Source: a virus
Lineage: Duplodnaviria; Caudoviricetes
DNA: 39,238 nucleotides
Direction: 5' to 3' (one strand)
Virus record (IMG/VR): IMGVR_UViG_3300011013_000033
Span: 1 to 39,238 of that record
The notes beneath the pieces were generated by a model. It ran no database searches, was not told the origin of the DNA, and worked only from the letters and a program-made list of their open reading frames with translations. Shown here in pieces: positions 15,042-23,638 of this stretch. A program made the position numbers and the translations under genes. Each line of letters opens with the position of its first letter. Positions within the stretch are counted from its first letter, which is position 1.

Positions 15042-15997
15042 TATATTAATCCTTGTTGTTTAATCCATTCTGTGTTGAATGGGTTTCCTGATAAATTTGT
15101 CATTGTGTAGCCACCAGGAAAAGTATTATTATAACCAAATTGTTGTGATGTGTCCACCATACCTAAAATGCTTTCTATATTAGCTTTAGCCGAATTATAT
15201 GTGTTTAAATAGTTAGGGTCTAATCCTGTTCCTGTTTGATTGTTTGCGAACCATTGATCTACCATTGATAATTCTGGAGTTTGATTTGCAACCATATAAG
15301 ATGCTTGAGGAATTAAAGAAGAAACAGCTTCTTTTTCTTGATTTGTTAAATTATTAATATTACTTGTATCTCCATCTCTATATAGGTCTTGAAATGCCTC
15401 TGATCTATGACCGCTATCATAAAAATTTTGATCTATTTCTGCCTGTGTTTCTGTATCTAAATCTTTATAATTTAATCCATATTCACCTTGTGCATATTCA
15501 TTTACAGAACTATAAACAAAATCACCCTCACCAATTCCATCTTCGCCAGTAATACCCTCATATTGATTTTCATTTTTACCTAATAAACCACTAATACCTT
15601 TTATAGCCGCTCCAACTATACCACCACCTTTAATGTAATCTACAATTTTATCAGCTAAAGTTTTAGTATTTGTTGGTTCTACATCAAAGCTAGTAGATGT
15701 ATATGTTGAATCAATATCTTCTGGTGTGTTGTATTGTTGAATAACACCATCACCTGCATTACCTGTTCCAGCGTATGCACCACCTTCAAATTCAGACCTA
15801 GACATACCGCTACCTGCTGATGATGTTCCAGCAAGACTAGATTCTGTGTAACTATCAAACTCAGGATAAGCAGGGATTCCTTCTTCTGTTATTGTTTTTT
15901 GTCCACCTAAATTCTCTAAGGTTTCTGCCTCTCCAGGTGTTATGTATGCTAAAATATGCTTTTGTCCTTTTATTGTTTTTGAACTTAATAATCCCAT
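15041..15997 (-). CDS. Putative internal virion protein
   Basis: HILAYITP.EA..L..LGG......GIPAY N-terminal motif, acidic low-complexity body. Confidence 0.55.
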   Translation of the reverse strand: MGLLSSKTIKGQKHILAYITPGEAETLENLGGQKTITEEGIPAYPEFDSYTESSLAGTSSAGSGMSRSEFEGGAYAGTGNAGDGVIQQYNTPEDIDSTYTSTSFDVEPTNTKTLADKIVDYIKGGGIVGAAIKGISGLLGKNENQYEGITGEDGIGEGDFVYSSVNEYAQGEYGLNYKDLDTETQAEIDQNFYDSGHRSEAFQDLYRDGDTSNINNLTNQEKEAVSSLIPQASYMVANQTPELSMVDQWFANNQTGTGLDPNYLNTYNSAKANIESILGMVDTSQQFGYNNTFPGGYTMTNLSGNPFNTEWIKQQGLI

Positions 15998-16005
15998 TAT
16001 GCTCC

Positions 16006-16116
16006 TTATTTAATTAATGCGATAGCAACTAAAACAAATAATATAACAATATATTTTGTTGGTTCATTATTAACTTTAGTTTGAAAATCAAAATAGAATT
16101 TTTTAATTGTTTTCAT
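16006..16116 (-). CDS. 36-aa single-TM peptide (not in track)
   Basis: GGAGG RBS, TAATG coupling; MKTIKKFYFDFQTKVNNEPTKYIVILFVLVAIALIK*. Confidence 0.65.
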   Translation of the reverse strand: MKTIKKFYFDFQTKVNNEPTKYIVILFVLVAIALIK

Positions 16117-16829
16117 TATAGTAGTCCTCCCAAAAATCCTAGACCACCTCCTAATAAAGCACCAGCTCCTCCACCTAAACCATAACCAAATGCTGCTCCT
16201 CCTAGCCCAGTTGTAAATGGATTAGCTTGAGTATTAACTGCACCTGATCTAACAGGAAAGCCAGAAGCAATAGGTGAAACTACACTTCCATATTGTTGTA
16301 GTGCTTGAAATGGAGCTATGTTTTGTTGTCTTTGTATATTTTCTAATTGTCCACCTACTTGTGTTAAATTTGGTGCTTGTTGTGCAATTGCTAATTGTCT
16401 AGCTCTATCGGTATTATACTGTTGAAAAGCTAAAGGTAATGCTTGTTGTGCTACTTGATTAATAACTTGTGATTGAGCTAAAGGAGAAGTTGGTGTTCTT
16501 CCAGCTCCTGTAAATTGACTTGCAACATTTCCATAAACATCCCCTGCTGTTTTTTGAATTAAAGGGGAAAGGAAAGGGTTTAAATATTTTCCTGATAATG
16601 TGTCTGCTAATTGCTGTTGTGCAGCATTAGCCATTACTTCTTGTTGTGCGATACCTTGTGTTGTTTGAGTAGTTGGTGCAACATAACCTGCTGCTGCTGG
16701 TCCTTGATTATATATTGCTCCAGCTTCTGAAATTATTTGATTTAATGCTGGTTGTGCTGGTGCGTAAGGTTGTTGTGTTGTAGTTTGTGTTTGTCCACCA
16801 CCTGATGATCCGCCTCCTAAAAAACTCAT
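16116..16829 (-). CDS. DNA ejection / pilot protein
   Basis: Q/A/G-rich, GGGSSGGG N-terminus and Gly-hydrophobic C-terminus. Confidence 0.7.
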   Translation of the reverse strand: MSFLGGGSSGGGQTQTTTQQPYAPAQPALNQIISEAGAIYNQGPAAAGYVAPTTQTTQGIAQQEVMANAAQQQLADTLSGKYLNPFLSPLIQKTAGDVYGNVASQFTGAGRTPTSPLAQSQVINQVAQQALPLAFQQYNTDRARQLAIAQQAPNLTQVGGQLENIQRQQNIAPFQALQQYGSVVSPIASGFPVRSGAVNTQANPFTTGLGGAAFGYGLGGGAGALLGGGLGFLGGLL

Positions 16830-17269
16830 TTATTTTTCTCCTGTTTGATTTGTTTTTCTAAAACAATATGGGTTCTTTTATACCCAAAATTATTTAAAAC
16901 TTTTTGCCATCCTGGTCTTGCAATCAATTCAAGCATTAAACAATTTTCATTTTTAGCAAATTCTTCAATATCTTTTATTAAATGTTGCCATTTATTTCTT
17001 TGCCTTCCAGTCATCATATAAATATGACAAATTTTACCTAAAGGCTTTTGTATTATTTCAGTAATAACTAACCCAAAATATTTATCAAGGGTTGTTTTTT
17101 GTTTTTTATCCCACAATATCCAAACTTGAAACTTACCTTCTTTAGCGGTTTGTAAAACAAAAGCTGAATCTGAAAGTTGACCTGAATAAAGTAAAGATTT
17201 TCTTATATCTTTTTCAATAAGACCCCACACTTTATCAAGTTCTTTTGTAGGTATTCTGACTAATTCCAT
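16826..17269 (-). CDS. GNAT-fold protein preceding the ejection genes
   Basis: IEEFAK...C..LELIARPGW.KVL...GY. Confidence 0.65.
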   Translation of the reverse strand: MELVRIPTKELDKVWGLIEKDIRKSLLYSGQLSDSAFVLQTAKEGKFQVWILWDKKQKTTLDKYFGLVITEIIQKPLGKICHIYMMTGRQRNKWQHLIKDIEEFAKNENCLMLELIARPGWQKVLNNFGYKRTHIVLEKQIKQEKNK

Positions 17270-17298
17270 AAATTACTACAATTTTGAGGTCATTACAA

Positions 17299-17625
17299 CT
17301 ATGTAATTGATAAATAACTCATAGATATATCTACAGCATCTGTGCTACTCATGGTTATTTTAAGTATATCTGTTTCCTCTAAAATTAATGGTTCTGTAAT
17401 GAGTTGTTGTGCTGTATTGGCAGTAGTTGCGGTAGTATTTATGATTTTATAGGTCGCACTAGCCGAAGTATCGGTTACTTCTAGGGTAGCTGTAGGTGTG
17501 TTTGATGAATTATTACTTAAAACAATAGACTTTATAATAATAGTTTCACCACTACTTGCTGTTAATATTGATGTCTGAGCAGTCGTAGTAAGTGATTTGC
17601 CTGAAAATTTATAACTATGAGCCAT
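17299..17625 (-). CDS. Small beta-sandwich virion protein (paralog of 25146-25472)
   Basis: T/S-rich; IIKSI..SN ... PLILEE.D.LK ... D...SY. Confidence 0.7.
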   Translation of the reverse strand: MAHSYKFSGKSLTTTAQTSILTASSGETIIIKSIVLSNNSSNTPTATLEVTDTSASATYKIINTTATTANTAQQLITEPLILEETDILKITMSSTDAVDISMSYLSIT

Positions 17626-17836
17626 CTTTTTTTTCTTCTTTTGGTAAGTAACTTAATAAATGTTGTAATTTAGAATAATTACTATCTTTAATTTCTAGCC
17701 ATTTATCTATTTCTTTATTTATATCACTATGATCGGCTAAAGCCATAGGATTTTTAAGTAATAATTTTATATTTTCATCAGCCTCTAAGACCTTTGCTTC
17801 ATATAATCTTTTAAGTGATTCTATTCTTTGTTCCAT
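17615..17836 (-). CDS. Small helical hypothetical protein
   Basis: ORF track; overlaps the next gene. Confidence 0.7.
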   Translation of the reverse strand: MEQRIESLKRLYEAKVLEADENIKLLLKNPMALADHSDINKEIDKWLEIKDSNYSKLQHLLSYLPKEEKKDGS

Positions 17837-17846
17837 ATTATTAGCA

Positions 17847-17874
17847 GGGAGTAATGGGGTGGTCCATTACCCCC
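17847..17874 (-). terminator. Hairpin after the dioxygenase cluster
   Basis: Minus strand GGGGGTAATGG-ACCACC-CCATTACTCCC. Confidence 0.55.
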
Positions 17875-17887
17875 AGCAAATAATATA

Positions 17888-18544
17888 TCAATTTTTAAAC
17901 CAACTTGGTAGTCCTAAATGAGGTCGCTTATCAAAAAGGTTTTGTTGTGAACCAGGTGTTTTTTTATTGTTATAATGTAAAAAAACTTGTCCGCAAGACT
18001 TACCTTTAAACTTTTCTCTCCAATGCTCTAGTTCGCAACCACTATACACTAACATATCTCCAGGTTTTAAAAGAACTTTAATTCCTTTAGCTTTACTTTC
18101 TGTTGTAATTTTTTTACCATCTGGAATACCAACATTTTCATTTGGACTTAAATAAATATCCCAATCATCTCCTCCTAAATTCATTGTCGTAGATATTTCA
18201 CAACTAAATCTATCTTTATGTCTTTTTAAAATATCCCCTTTTTTATAAATTCTTGCATAAGTATAAGCTGGATTTAATTTTAACCCTGTGGTTTTTTCCA
18301 TAATGGGTTGGCATTTTAATAATAAAGTTTCCATAACTATATCGGCATAGCAAGAATAAGTATTTGGGATTTGTTCTTCTTTTCCCTCATAGTAACCTAA
18401 TATAACTTCATAAGGAGAAATATATCTTCTTTGCATACAAGTATCATAAACTTGTTTTTTCATTAAAAAATAATTGTAAATAAAAGTAGCCATATCTTTT
18501 GAAATAGCTTCTTTAATAATTGCATATTTTTTTTTCTTAAACAT
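17888..18544 (-). CDS. 2OG-Fe(II) dioxygenase
   Basis: YTYARIY..G..L.RHKDR..CEIS, GD..VY.G....HWRE, QVFLHY. Confidence 0.85.
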   Translation of the reverse strand: MFKKKKYAIIKEAISKDMATFIYNYFLMKKQVYDTCMQRRYISPYEVILGYYEGKEEQIPNTYSCYADIVMETLLLKCQPIMEKTTGLKLNPAYTYARIYKKGDILKRHKDRFSCEISTTMNLGGDDWDIYLSPNENVGIPDGKKITTESKAKGIKVLLKPGDMLVYSGCELEHWREKFKGKSCGQVFLHYNNKKTPGSQQNLFDKRPHLGLPSWFKN

Positions 18545-19169
18545 CTTTTGCCATTTCTTTTGGTATAGCTTGTATGTTCCAATGAATAAATCTAAATGGT
18601 TCTATACCATGATCTACTGAGTATTCATGTTCCAAAAATCCTGGAAATATAATTAATGTTCCTGGAGTAGGTTTAAAATGTATTAATTCACTTCCTGCCC
18701 AAACGCCTTTAAGGTCTGGTTTCATTTTTAATTTAGTACATCTTGCACCTGTTTTAGGTTCATGGAAAATAGGAAAAGAAGTTTTATCCGAACACTTTAA
18801 AAAATAAAAACCTGATACATGTTGATTCCAATGTATGTGTGCTGAATGATGTCCGCCACCTTTTTTAGAAAATTCTTGAACCCATAGTTCGCTAAACATA
18901 GTTTGATATTGTTGCATATCATAACCCATGTGATCTAAAAATTCCCAAGACTTTTGACCTATATAATCTCTAAAATCTCTAAAATCATTATCTATTGTTA
19001 AAGGTGTGGAATGATGACTTGTTCCAAAATCTTTATTAATTTTAATATTTTTTTTATCTCTTTTTCTAGCTTCGTTTATATATTTATTACTAGCTTTGTT
19101 TAAAGATTTTAAAAATTCTGGTTTTTGCTCACTCCAGATTGGTGTCCAAAAATAATTATTAATATACAT
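18537..19169 (-). CDS. 2OG-Fe(II) dioxygenase (TIGR02466-like)
   Basis: WVQ....GGHHSAHIH...VSGFYFL, IFPG.LEH, RFIHWN. Confidence 0.85.
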   Translation of the reverse strand: MYINNYFWTPIWSEQKPEFLKSLNKASNKYINEARKRDKKNIKINKDFGTSHHSTPLTIDNDFRDFRDYIGQKSWEFLDHMGYDMQQYQTMFSELWVQEFSKKGGGHHSAHIHWNQHVSGFYFLKCSDKTSFPIFHEPKTGARCTKLKMKPDLKGVWAGSELIHFKPTPGTLIIFPGFLEHEYSVDHGIEPFRFIHWNIQAIPKEMAKDV

Positions 19170-19170
19170 A

Positions 19171-19809
19171 TTATCTAAAAGGTAATCCTAAATGCCAAAC
19201 TACAAGACTATATCTTGTACCTTGTGTTACTGGTTTAACTCTATGCCAAACAAAACTAGGAAATACAATAATAGAACCTTTGGGTAATATTTCTTTACAT
19301 TGTATTCTATGTTTTGATTCATCTCTCATGTGTGGATCATAGTTTCTAAAATCAAATTCTAATTCTCCACCTTTATATTCTGAACCATCGGTTAATTGAC
19401 AAGTCATAGATAGTTTTCTTATTTTTCCATTATCAGGATCGTTTTTATTTTTTCTTTCATAAGGTTTATCCCAACTATCACAATGCCAATCGTAAAATTG
19501 ATTTAATTTATATTTTGTAAATTGACATGATTCAGACCTTTCCCAATCAAAATTCCAACCAGCATTTCTATTAGCTTGATGGACAAAAGGATGAAGTTCT
19601 TTATAAATCCAAGTATCATTTAACCAAACTAAATCTGATTTTCTTTTTCTTTGAATATTTTTAACATCATTTTTTGATAACTTTTCTTTATCATACCCCC
19701 CTGTTCTAGCTATAACTTCAGCTTGTGATAATCCATATTTAATTACTTCATCACAAAATCTAGGGGTTAAGGCAGATTCAAAATACCAATAATAATTAGA
19801 TATATTCAT
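19171..19809 (-). CDS. 2OG-Fe(II) dioxygenase, PKHD / prolyl-4-hydroxylase-like
   Basis: QFTKY...FYDWHCD, RKLS, Y.GGEL, VFPSF.WHRV.PVT.GTRYSLVVW. Confidence 0.9.
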   Translation of the reverse strand: MNISNYYWYFESALTPRFCDEVIKYGLSQAEVIARTGGYDKEKLSKNDVKNIQRKRKSDLVWLNDTWIYKELHPFVHQANRNAGWNFDWERSESCQFTKYKLNQFYDWHCDSWDKPYERKNKNDPDNGKIRKLSMTCQLTDGSEYKGGELEFDFRNYDPHMRDESKHRIQCKEILPKGSIIVFPSFVWHRVKPVTQGTRYSLVVWHLGLPFR

Positions 19810-20311
19810 AGGTAGAAGTTAAAATAAAGTTAAGGGAATCTTTTTGATTGTTAGTGATGTAATACATATTAGTTGAGGGGAATATAATAAATTTATTATT
19901 TTTTAAAAGTATATCCCAGCTTCTTCCTTTTCTTCTATTGTCGTCATAATGTATTTTAACGCTACATTCTTTAACATTAACACCATATAATATAGTGTAA
20001 TCTGGAGAATTTCTTAAATCAACTGGGTCTATATTAAGTAAAGGAATAGAAATTTCGTTAGGTTTATATATTTCGCCTGTAGTTAATTTATTAACTAAAG
20101 TAAAACCATATTCTAAATTAATATGTTCTCTTAAATATGTAGTTAATTTATCCCATTCCCTTGAAAAAGGAAAAGGACAATCTTGAATTTGATGTTTTAA
20201 AATATCTTCTTGAAGTTTATTACGATCAATTTCAAAACCTTTAGGCATTGAAACATCACCATAATATATTGCTATTTCGGAAAGTTTATTTTTTTGTATT
20301 ATTCCACCCAT
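19796..20311 (-). CDS. Degenerate 2OG-Fe(II) dioxygenase-fold protein
   Basis: Retains IIFPS and the overall pattern but has no HxD/H, distal His or 2OG-binding Arg. Confidence 0.6.
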   Translation of the reverse strand: MGGIIQKNKLSEIAIYYGDVSMPKGFEIDRNKLQEDILKHQIQDCPFPFSREWDKLTTYLREHINLEYGFTLVNKLTTGEIYKPNEISIPLLNIDPVDLRNSPDYTILYGVNVKECSVKIHYDDNRRKGRSWDILLKNNKFIIFPSTNMYYITNNQKDSLNFILTSTYEYI

Positions 20312-20320
20312 ACAGTTTAA

Positions 20321-20773
20321 TTACAGATTAGATTTTAATTCCCAGTCTGTGCTGCTTTCGTTCCATTCGTAACGATGTTTGTGTGTTCCTGCATCGTTTT
20401 GTGTTTGTTGTTCAGCAGTTAAAGCTGGAGCATCTCCTTTTGGAGACTGCCATCTAGCTTCTGTTGTATTTTTAACCCAAGACGCATAAGGTTTTTTAGG
20501 GAAAAACATATTATTATCTTCATCCCATTCATAACCTATACCAGCATAGTTGCCTCTGAAAGCTTTAGAATCATCTCCTGAAGAATGCTTATTTAATGAT
20601 GTATTGTATGAAGTTTGAATCCACATTTGAGCTGCCCAATTATTATGCTGCTCTAAATATTGTTGTCCTACTGATTCGTCCTCAACGCCATCAGCATTTT
20701 TCATGTCTTTGTTATCAAGTGTTAATACTTGAATAACTTTTCCATTCATGCCTATTTTTGCAAAGTGTGCCAT
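20321..20773 (-). CDS. Conserved phage protein following Gly-rich fibres (putative fibre assembly factor)
   Basis: MAHFAK, WIQTSYN, FRGNYAGIGY.W....F..KPY.SW......W.SP. Confidence 0.6.
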   Translation of the reverse strand: MAHFAKIGMNGKVIQVLTLDNKDMKNADGVEDESVGQQYLEQHNNWAAQMWIQTSYNTSLNKHSSGDDSKAFRGNYAGIGYEWDEDNNMFFPKKPYASWVKNTTEARWQSPKGDAPALTAEQQTQNDAGTHKHRYEWNESSTDWELKSNL

Positions 20774-20821
20774 AATTTTCTCCTTATATATTAAAATTAA
20801 TTGTTAAACAATACATAAATA

Positions 20822-22213
20822 TTATTGAAATTTATACCTTATTACAACTATTCCTGATCCACCTTGACCACCTGCAGAATTAGTTGGTTGATTTCTACCA
20901 GCACCACCACCTCCACCACCTGTGTTAGCAGTTCCTGCATTACCAGTTCCTGGAGGAGTTGTAGAACCTGCTCCGCCTCCACCAACACCAGCAGATCCAC
21001 CACCGCCGCCAGCTCCTGATGGTCCATATCTTCCACCACCGCCACCGCCAGCGTAATATCTAAAACTTCCGCAAGGTGCACCATTAGAACCAAAAGCTGT
21101 AGGCATACCTGCTCCAGCACCACCATTTCCACCAGCAGGTCCACTTCCTCCGCCACCTGTACCGATAGCTCCACCGCCACCTCCTTGTCCATAACAACCT
21201 CCACAATAACCAGCACCTCCATTATTTCCTTGAGATGGACTTACAGGAGGGGTATTTCCTGATCCTGCTGCATTTGGATGAGGTCCAGAAACTGATCCTC
21301 CGCCTCCAGAGCCACCGCTTGTATTATCATTTGGATTAGCAACTCCTCCTACTCCACCACCTGTTGAAGTTATTGTTGAAAATATTGAATCACTTCCTTT
21401 AGCAGCATTTCCACTACTTGCTCCTGTTGAACCTGGTCCACCACCACCTACAGTAATAGGATAACCTTGAGCTGTTACTGGTAAATTAGCTGGACCTGCT
21501 AAAGGTTTGCCTGGATAAGTTAATGGAGAAATAGAAGGTGAAGCAAATCTAAATCCACCTGCACCTCCACCTCCTCCATAAGAAGCTCCAGCACCGCCAC
21601 CACCAGCAACTACTAAATATTCTACTGTATTAGATCCAGCAGGTGATCCTCCTGCTGTAACTGTTAAAGTTCCAGGTCCAGTAAATGTATGAATTTTATA
21701 ATCTCCGCAAGTAGTTATAGTACCACCTGTAGCAGCAACATAATTACTTCCTACACCAGCAAAAGACCCATCTTGTATTGATCTCCAACCTTTTGTACTA
21801 TCTACATAAACTAAAGTTAAACCTTCACCTTCAGTACTTAAAATAACACTACCTGCACCGCCATTAATTTTTTCTGAACCATTTGGTGTAATTGTTAAAC
21901 CATTTGAATCAAATGTATTTGCATAATCTTGAACTGCAATTATATTTCCAGCAGAACCTGCTGGAAGTGTAACAGTAAAGCCTCCACTTGTAGTATTACA
22001 AAAATATCCATTACCACTAACTGCTGTAAATCCTGTTGCTTTAATTGAAGATGTATCCCAATTTACTGCTCCTGTTGCACCAAAACCTGTTGCTGTTCCA
22101 GAGTTAGTTATTGTTGCACCAGCAGGAATAGTAAATGTATCTCCACTATCTCCTAATGTTGTAGTTCCACAAGCTGTTCTTGGACTAATTTTATTTACTT
22201 TTATTTCACTCAT
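20822..22213 (-). CDS. Gly-rich tail fibre / receptor-binding protein, paralog 3
   Basis: TVTLP/D.A.TF domain, ATGG...YKIHTF, YLVVAGGGG, GGSGIVVIRY. Confidence 0.75.
   Translation of the reverse strand: MSEIKVNKISPRTACGTTTLGDSGDTFTIPAGATITNSGTATGFGATGAVNWDTSSIKATGFTAVSGNGYFCNTTSGGFTVTLPAGSAGNIIAVQDYANTFDSNGLTITPNGSEKINGGAGSVILSTEGEGLTLVYVDSTKGWRSIQDGSFAGVGSNYVAATGGTITTCGDYKIHTFTGPGTLTVTAGGSPAGSNTVEYLVVAGGGGAGASYGGGGGAGGFRFASPSISPLTYPGKPLAGPANLPVTAQGYPITVGGGGPGSTGASSGNAAKGSDSIFSTITSTGGGVGGVANPNDNTSGGSGGGGSVSGPHPNAAGSGNTPPVSPSQGNNGGAGYCGGCYGQGGGGGAIGTGGGGSGPAGGNGGAGAGMPTAFGSNGAPCGSFRYYAGGGGGGRYGPSGAGGGGGSAGVGGGGAGSTTPPGTGNAGTANTGGGGGGAGRNQPTNSAGGQGGSGIVVIRYKFQ
21219..21261. repeat. 43-nt near-identical repeat shared with 24027-24069 (diverged copy near 22591-22628)
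   Basis: 41/43 identical by eye; encodes GNTPPVSP(S/P)QGNN. Confidence 0.8.
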
Positions 22214-23631
22214 TATTGAAATTTATACCTTATAATTACTATACCTGAACCACCAGACCCACCTGCAATTCCTGATGGAGCTGAAGCTGGTGAGCCACCG
22301 CCTCCTCCAGTATTAACAGTTCCATTTACGGCTGTATCTGATGGATTACCTCCACCATTTCCACCATTTCCACCGCCACCTGTTCCACCGGCACCACCAT
22401 TTCCGTTGGGATTATAAGATCCACCTCCTCCACCGCCTGCATAAGCTGTTGGCGAACCTGATATTGAAGTTGTCCCTCCTGCACCTCCATCTCCAGCATT
22501 TCCTGGAGAAGCTGCATCTCCACCTGCTGCAGTAGCACCACCACCTCCACCACCAGCACTTGGTCCTGTGTTGGCACCATCACCTCCTGGATTTCCTTGT
22601 GAAGGACTAACTGGGGGAGTATTTCCTGCCGCACCACATCCTCCTGGAGGGGCACTTGTTCCACCTGCGCCTCCACCTGATCCACCTGTTCCCTCAGGAG
22701 CAGCAGATGGAGTTCCATAATTTCCTCCTCCACCGCCTGTAGAAGTTATTGTGGAAAAACTTGAATTTGATCCTCTTGGTCCTGCTTTTTGAGAACCTGA
22801 AGCTGGAGTTGCTGGGGCTCCAGTAGCACCTGCACCAATTACTATTGGATAACCTTGTACTGAAATTGATATAGCAGTTGGAGTTGCTAATGGAGTTGCT
22901 GTATATGGACCTGAAACAGGAGTGCTATGTGATTCTCTTAAACCTCCAGCTCCACCTGCTCCTGTTCCATCATAATTTCCACCATTTGCCGCACCTGAAC
23001 CACCGCCAGCTACTACTAAATAATCTACTGAACTTGATCCTGCTGGATTACCTGCACAGGATACACAAAATGTTCCTGGTCCTGTAAATTTATGAATTTT
23101 ATAATCACCACAAGTACTAATTGTTCCACCTGTTGCAGTAACATAACCAGCGCCTACTTGACTTGTTGTATCATCATTAATTAAAGACCAACCTTTAGTT
23201 GCGTCCATATAAATAAATGTAACGGATAAACCATTGGTACTTAATGTAGAATCAGCAGCAGTACCATCCATATTGGAACCTCCTCTACCTACGGTTACTG
23301 CGTTAGTTCCAAAAGTTCTTGCATAATCTTTTATTGAAACGATGTCTCCAGCACTTGGAGAACTTGGCAAGTTAATTGTAATTGTGCCTGAGGTTGTATT
23401 TAAAAAATATCCTTTTCCTGAAACTGCCGTAATAGGTGAATCTGAATTTGTTTTAATAGTCGTTACCCAATCAACTGTCCCTGTTCTACCAAAACCTGTT
23501 TGTGATGCACCAGTTGCTAAAGCAATACTATCGCCACTTGCACCTAGTGTAATTGTTGTTCCACATTTTTTGATGATGTTTGAATCATCTGAAACTTTAT
23601 TTATATTATCTACTTTTATTTTACTTGACAT
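22213..23631 (-). CDS. Gly-rich tail fibre / receptor-binding protein, paralog 2
   Basis: Same architecture as 20822-22213. Confidence 0.75.
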   Translation of the reverse strand: MSSKIKVDNINKVSDDSNIIKKCGTTITLGASGDSIALATGASQTGFGRTGTVDWVTTIKTNSDSPITAVSGKGYFLNTTSGTITINLPSSPSAGDIVSIKDYARTFGTNAVTVGRGGSNMDGTAADSTLSTNGLSVTFIYMDATKGWSLINDDTTSQVGAGYVTATGGTISTCGDYKIHKFTGPGTFCVSCAGNPAGSSSVDYLVVAGGGSGAANGGNYDGTGAGGAGGLRESHSTPVSGPYTATPLATPTAISISVQGYPIVIGAGATGAPATPASGSQKAGPRGSNSSFSTITSTGGGGGNYGTPSAAPEGTGGSGGGAGGTSAPPGGCGAAGNTPPVSPSQGNPGGDGANTGPSAGGGGGGATAAGGDAASPGNAGDGGAGGTTSISGSPTAYAGGGGGGSYNPNGNGGAGGTGGGGNGGNGGGNPSDTAVNGTVNTGGGGGSPASAPSGIAGGSGGSGIVIIRYKFQ

Positions 23632-23638
23632 ATTTTAC

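Noticed and set aside
17729-17745. ICE-like TTTAGAATAATTACTA; also half-sites near 29573-29586 and 33014-33028
   Set aside because: Inside or abutting coding sequence, with a broken or wrongly oriented second arm
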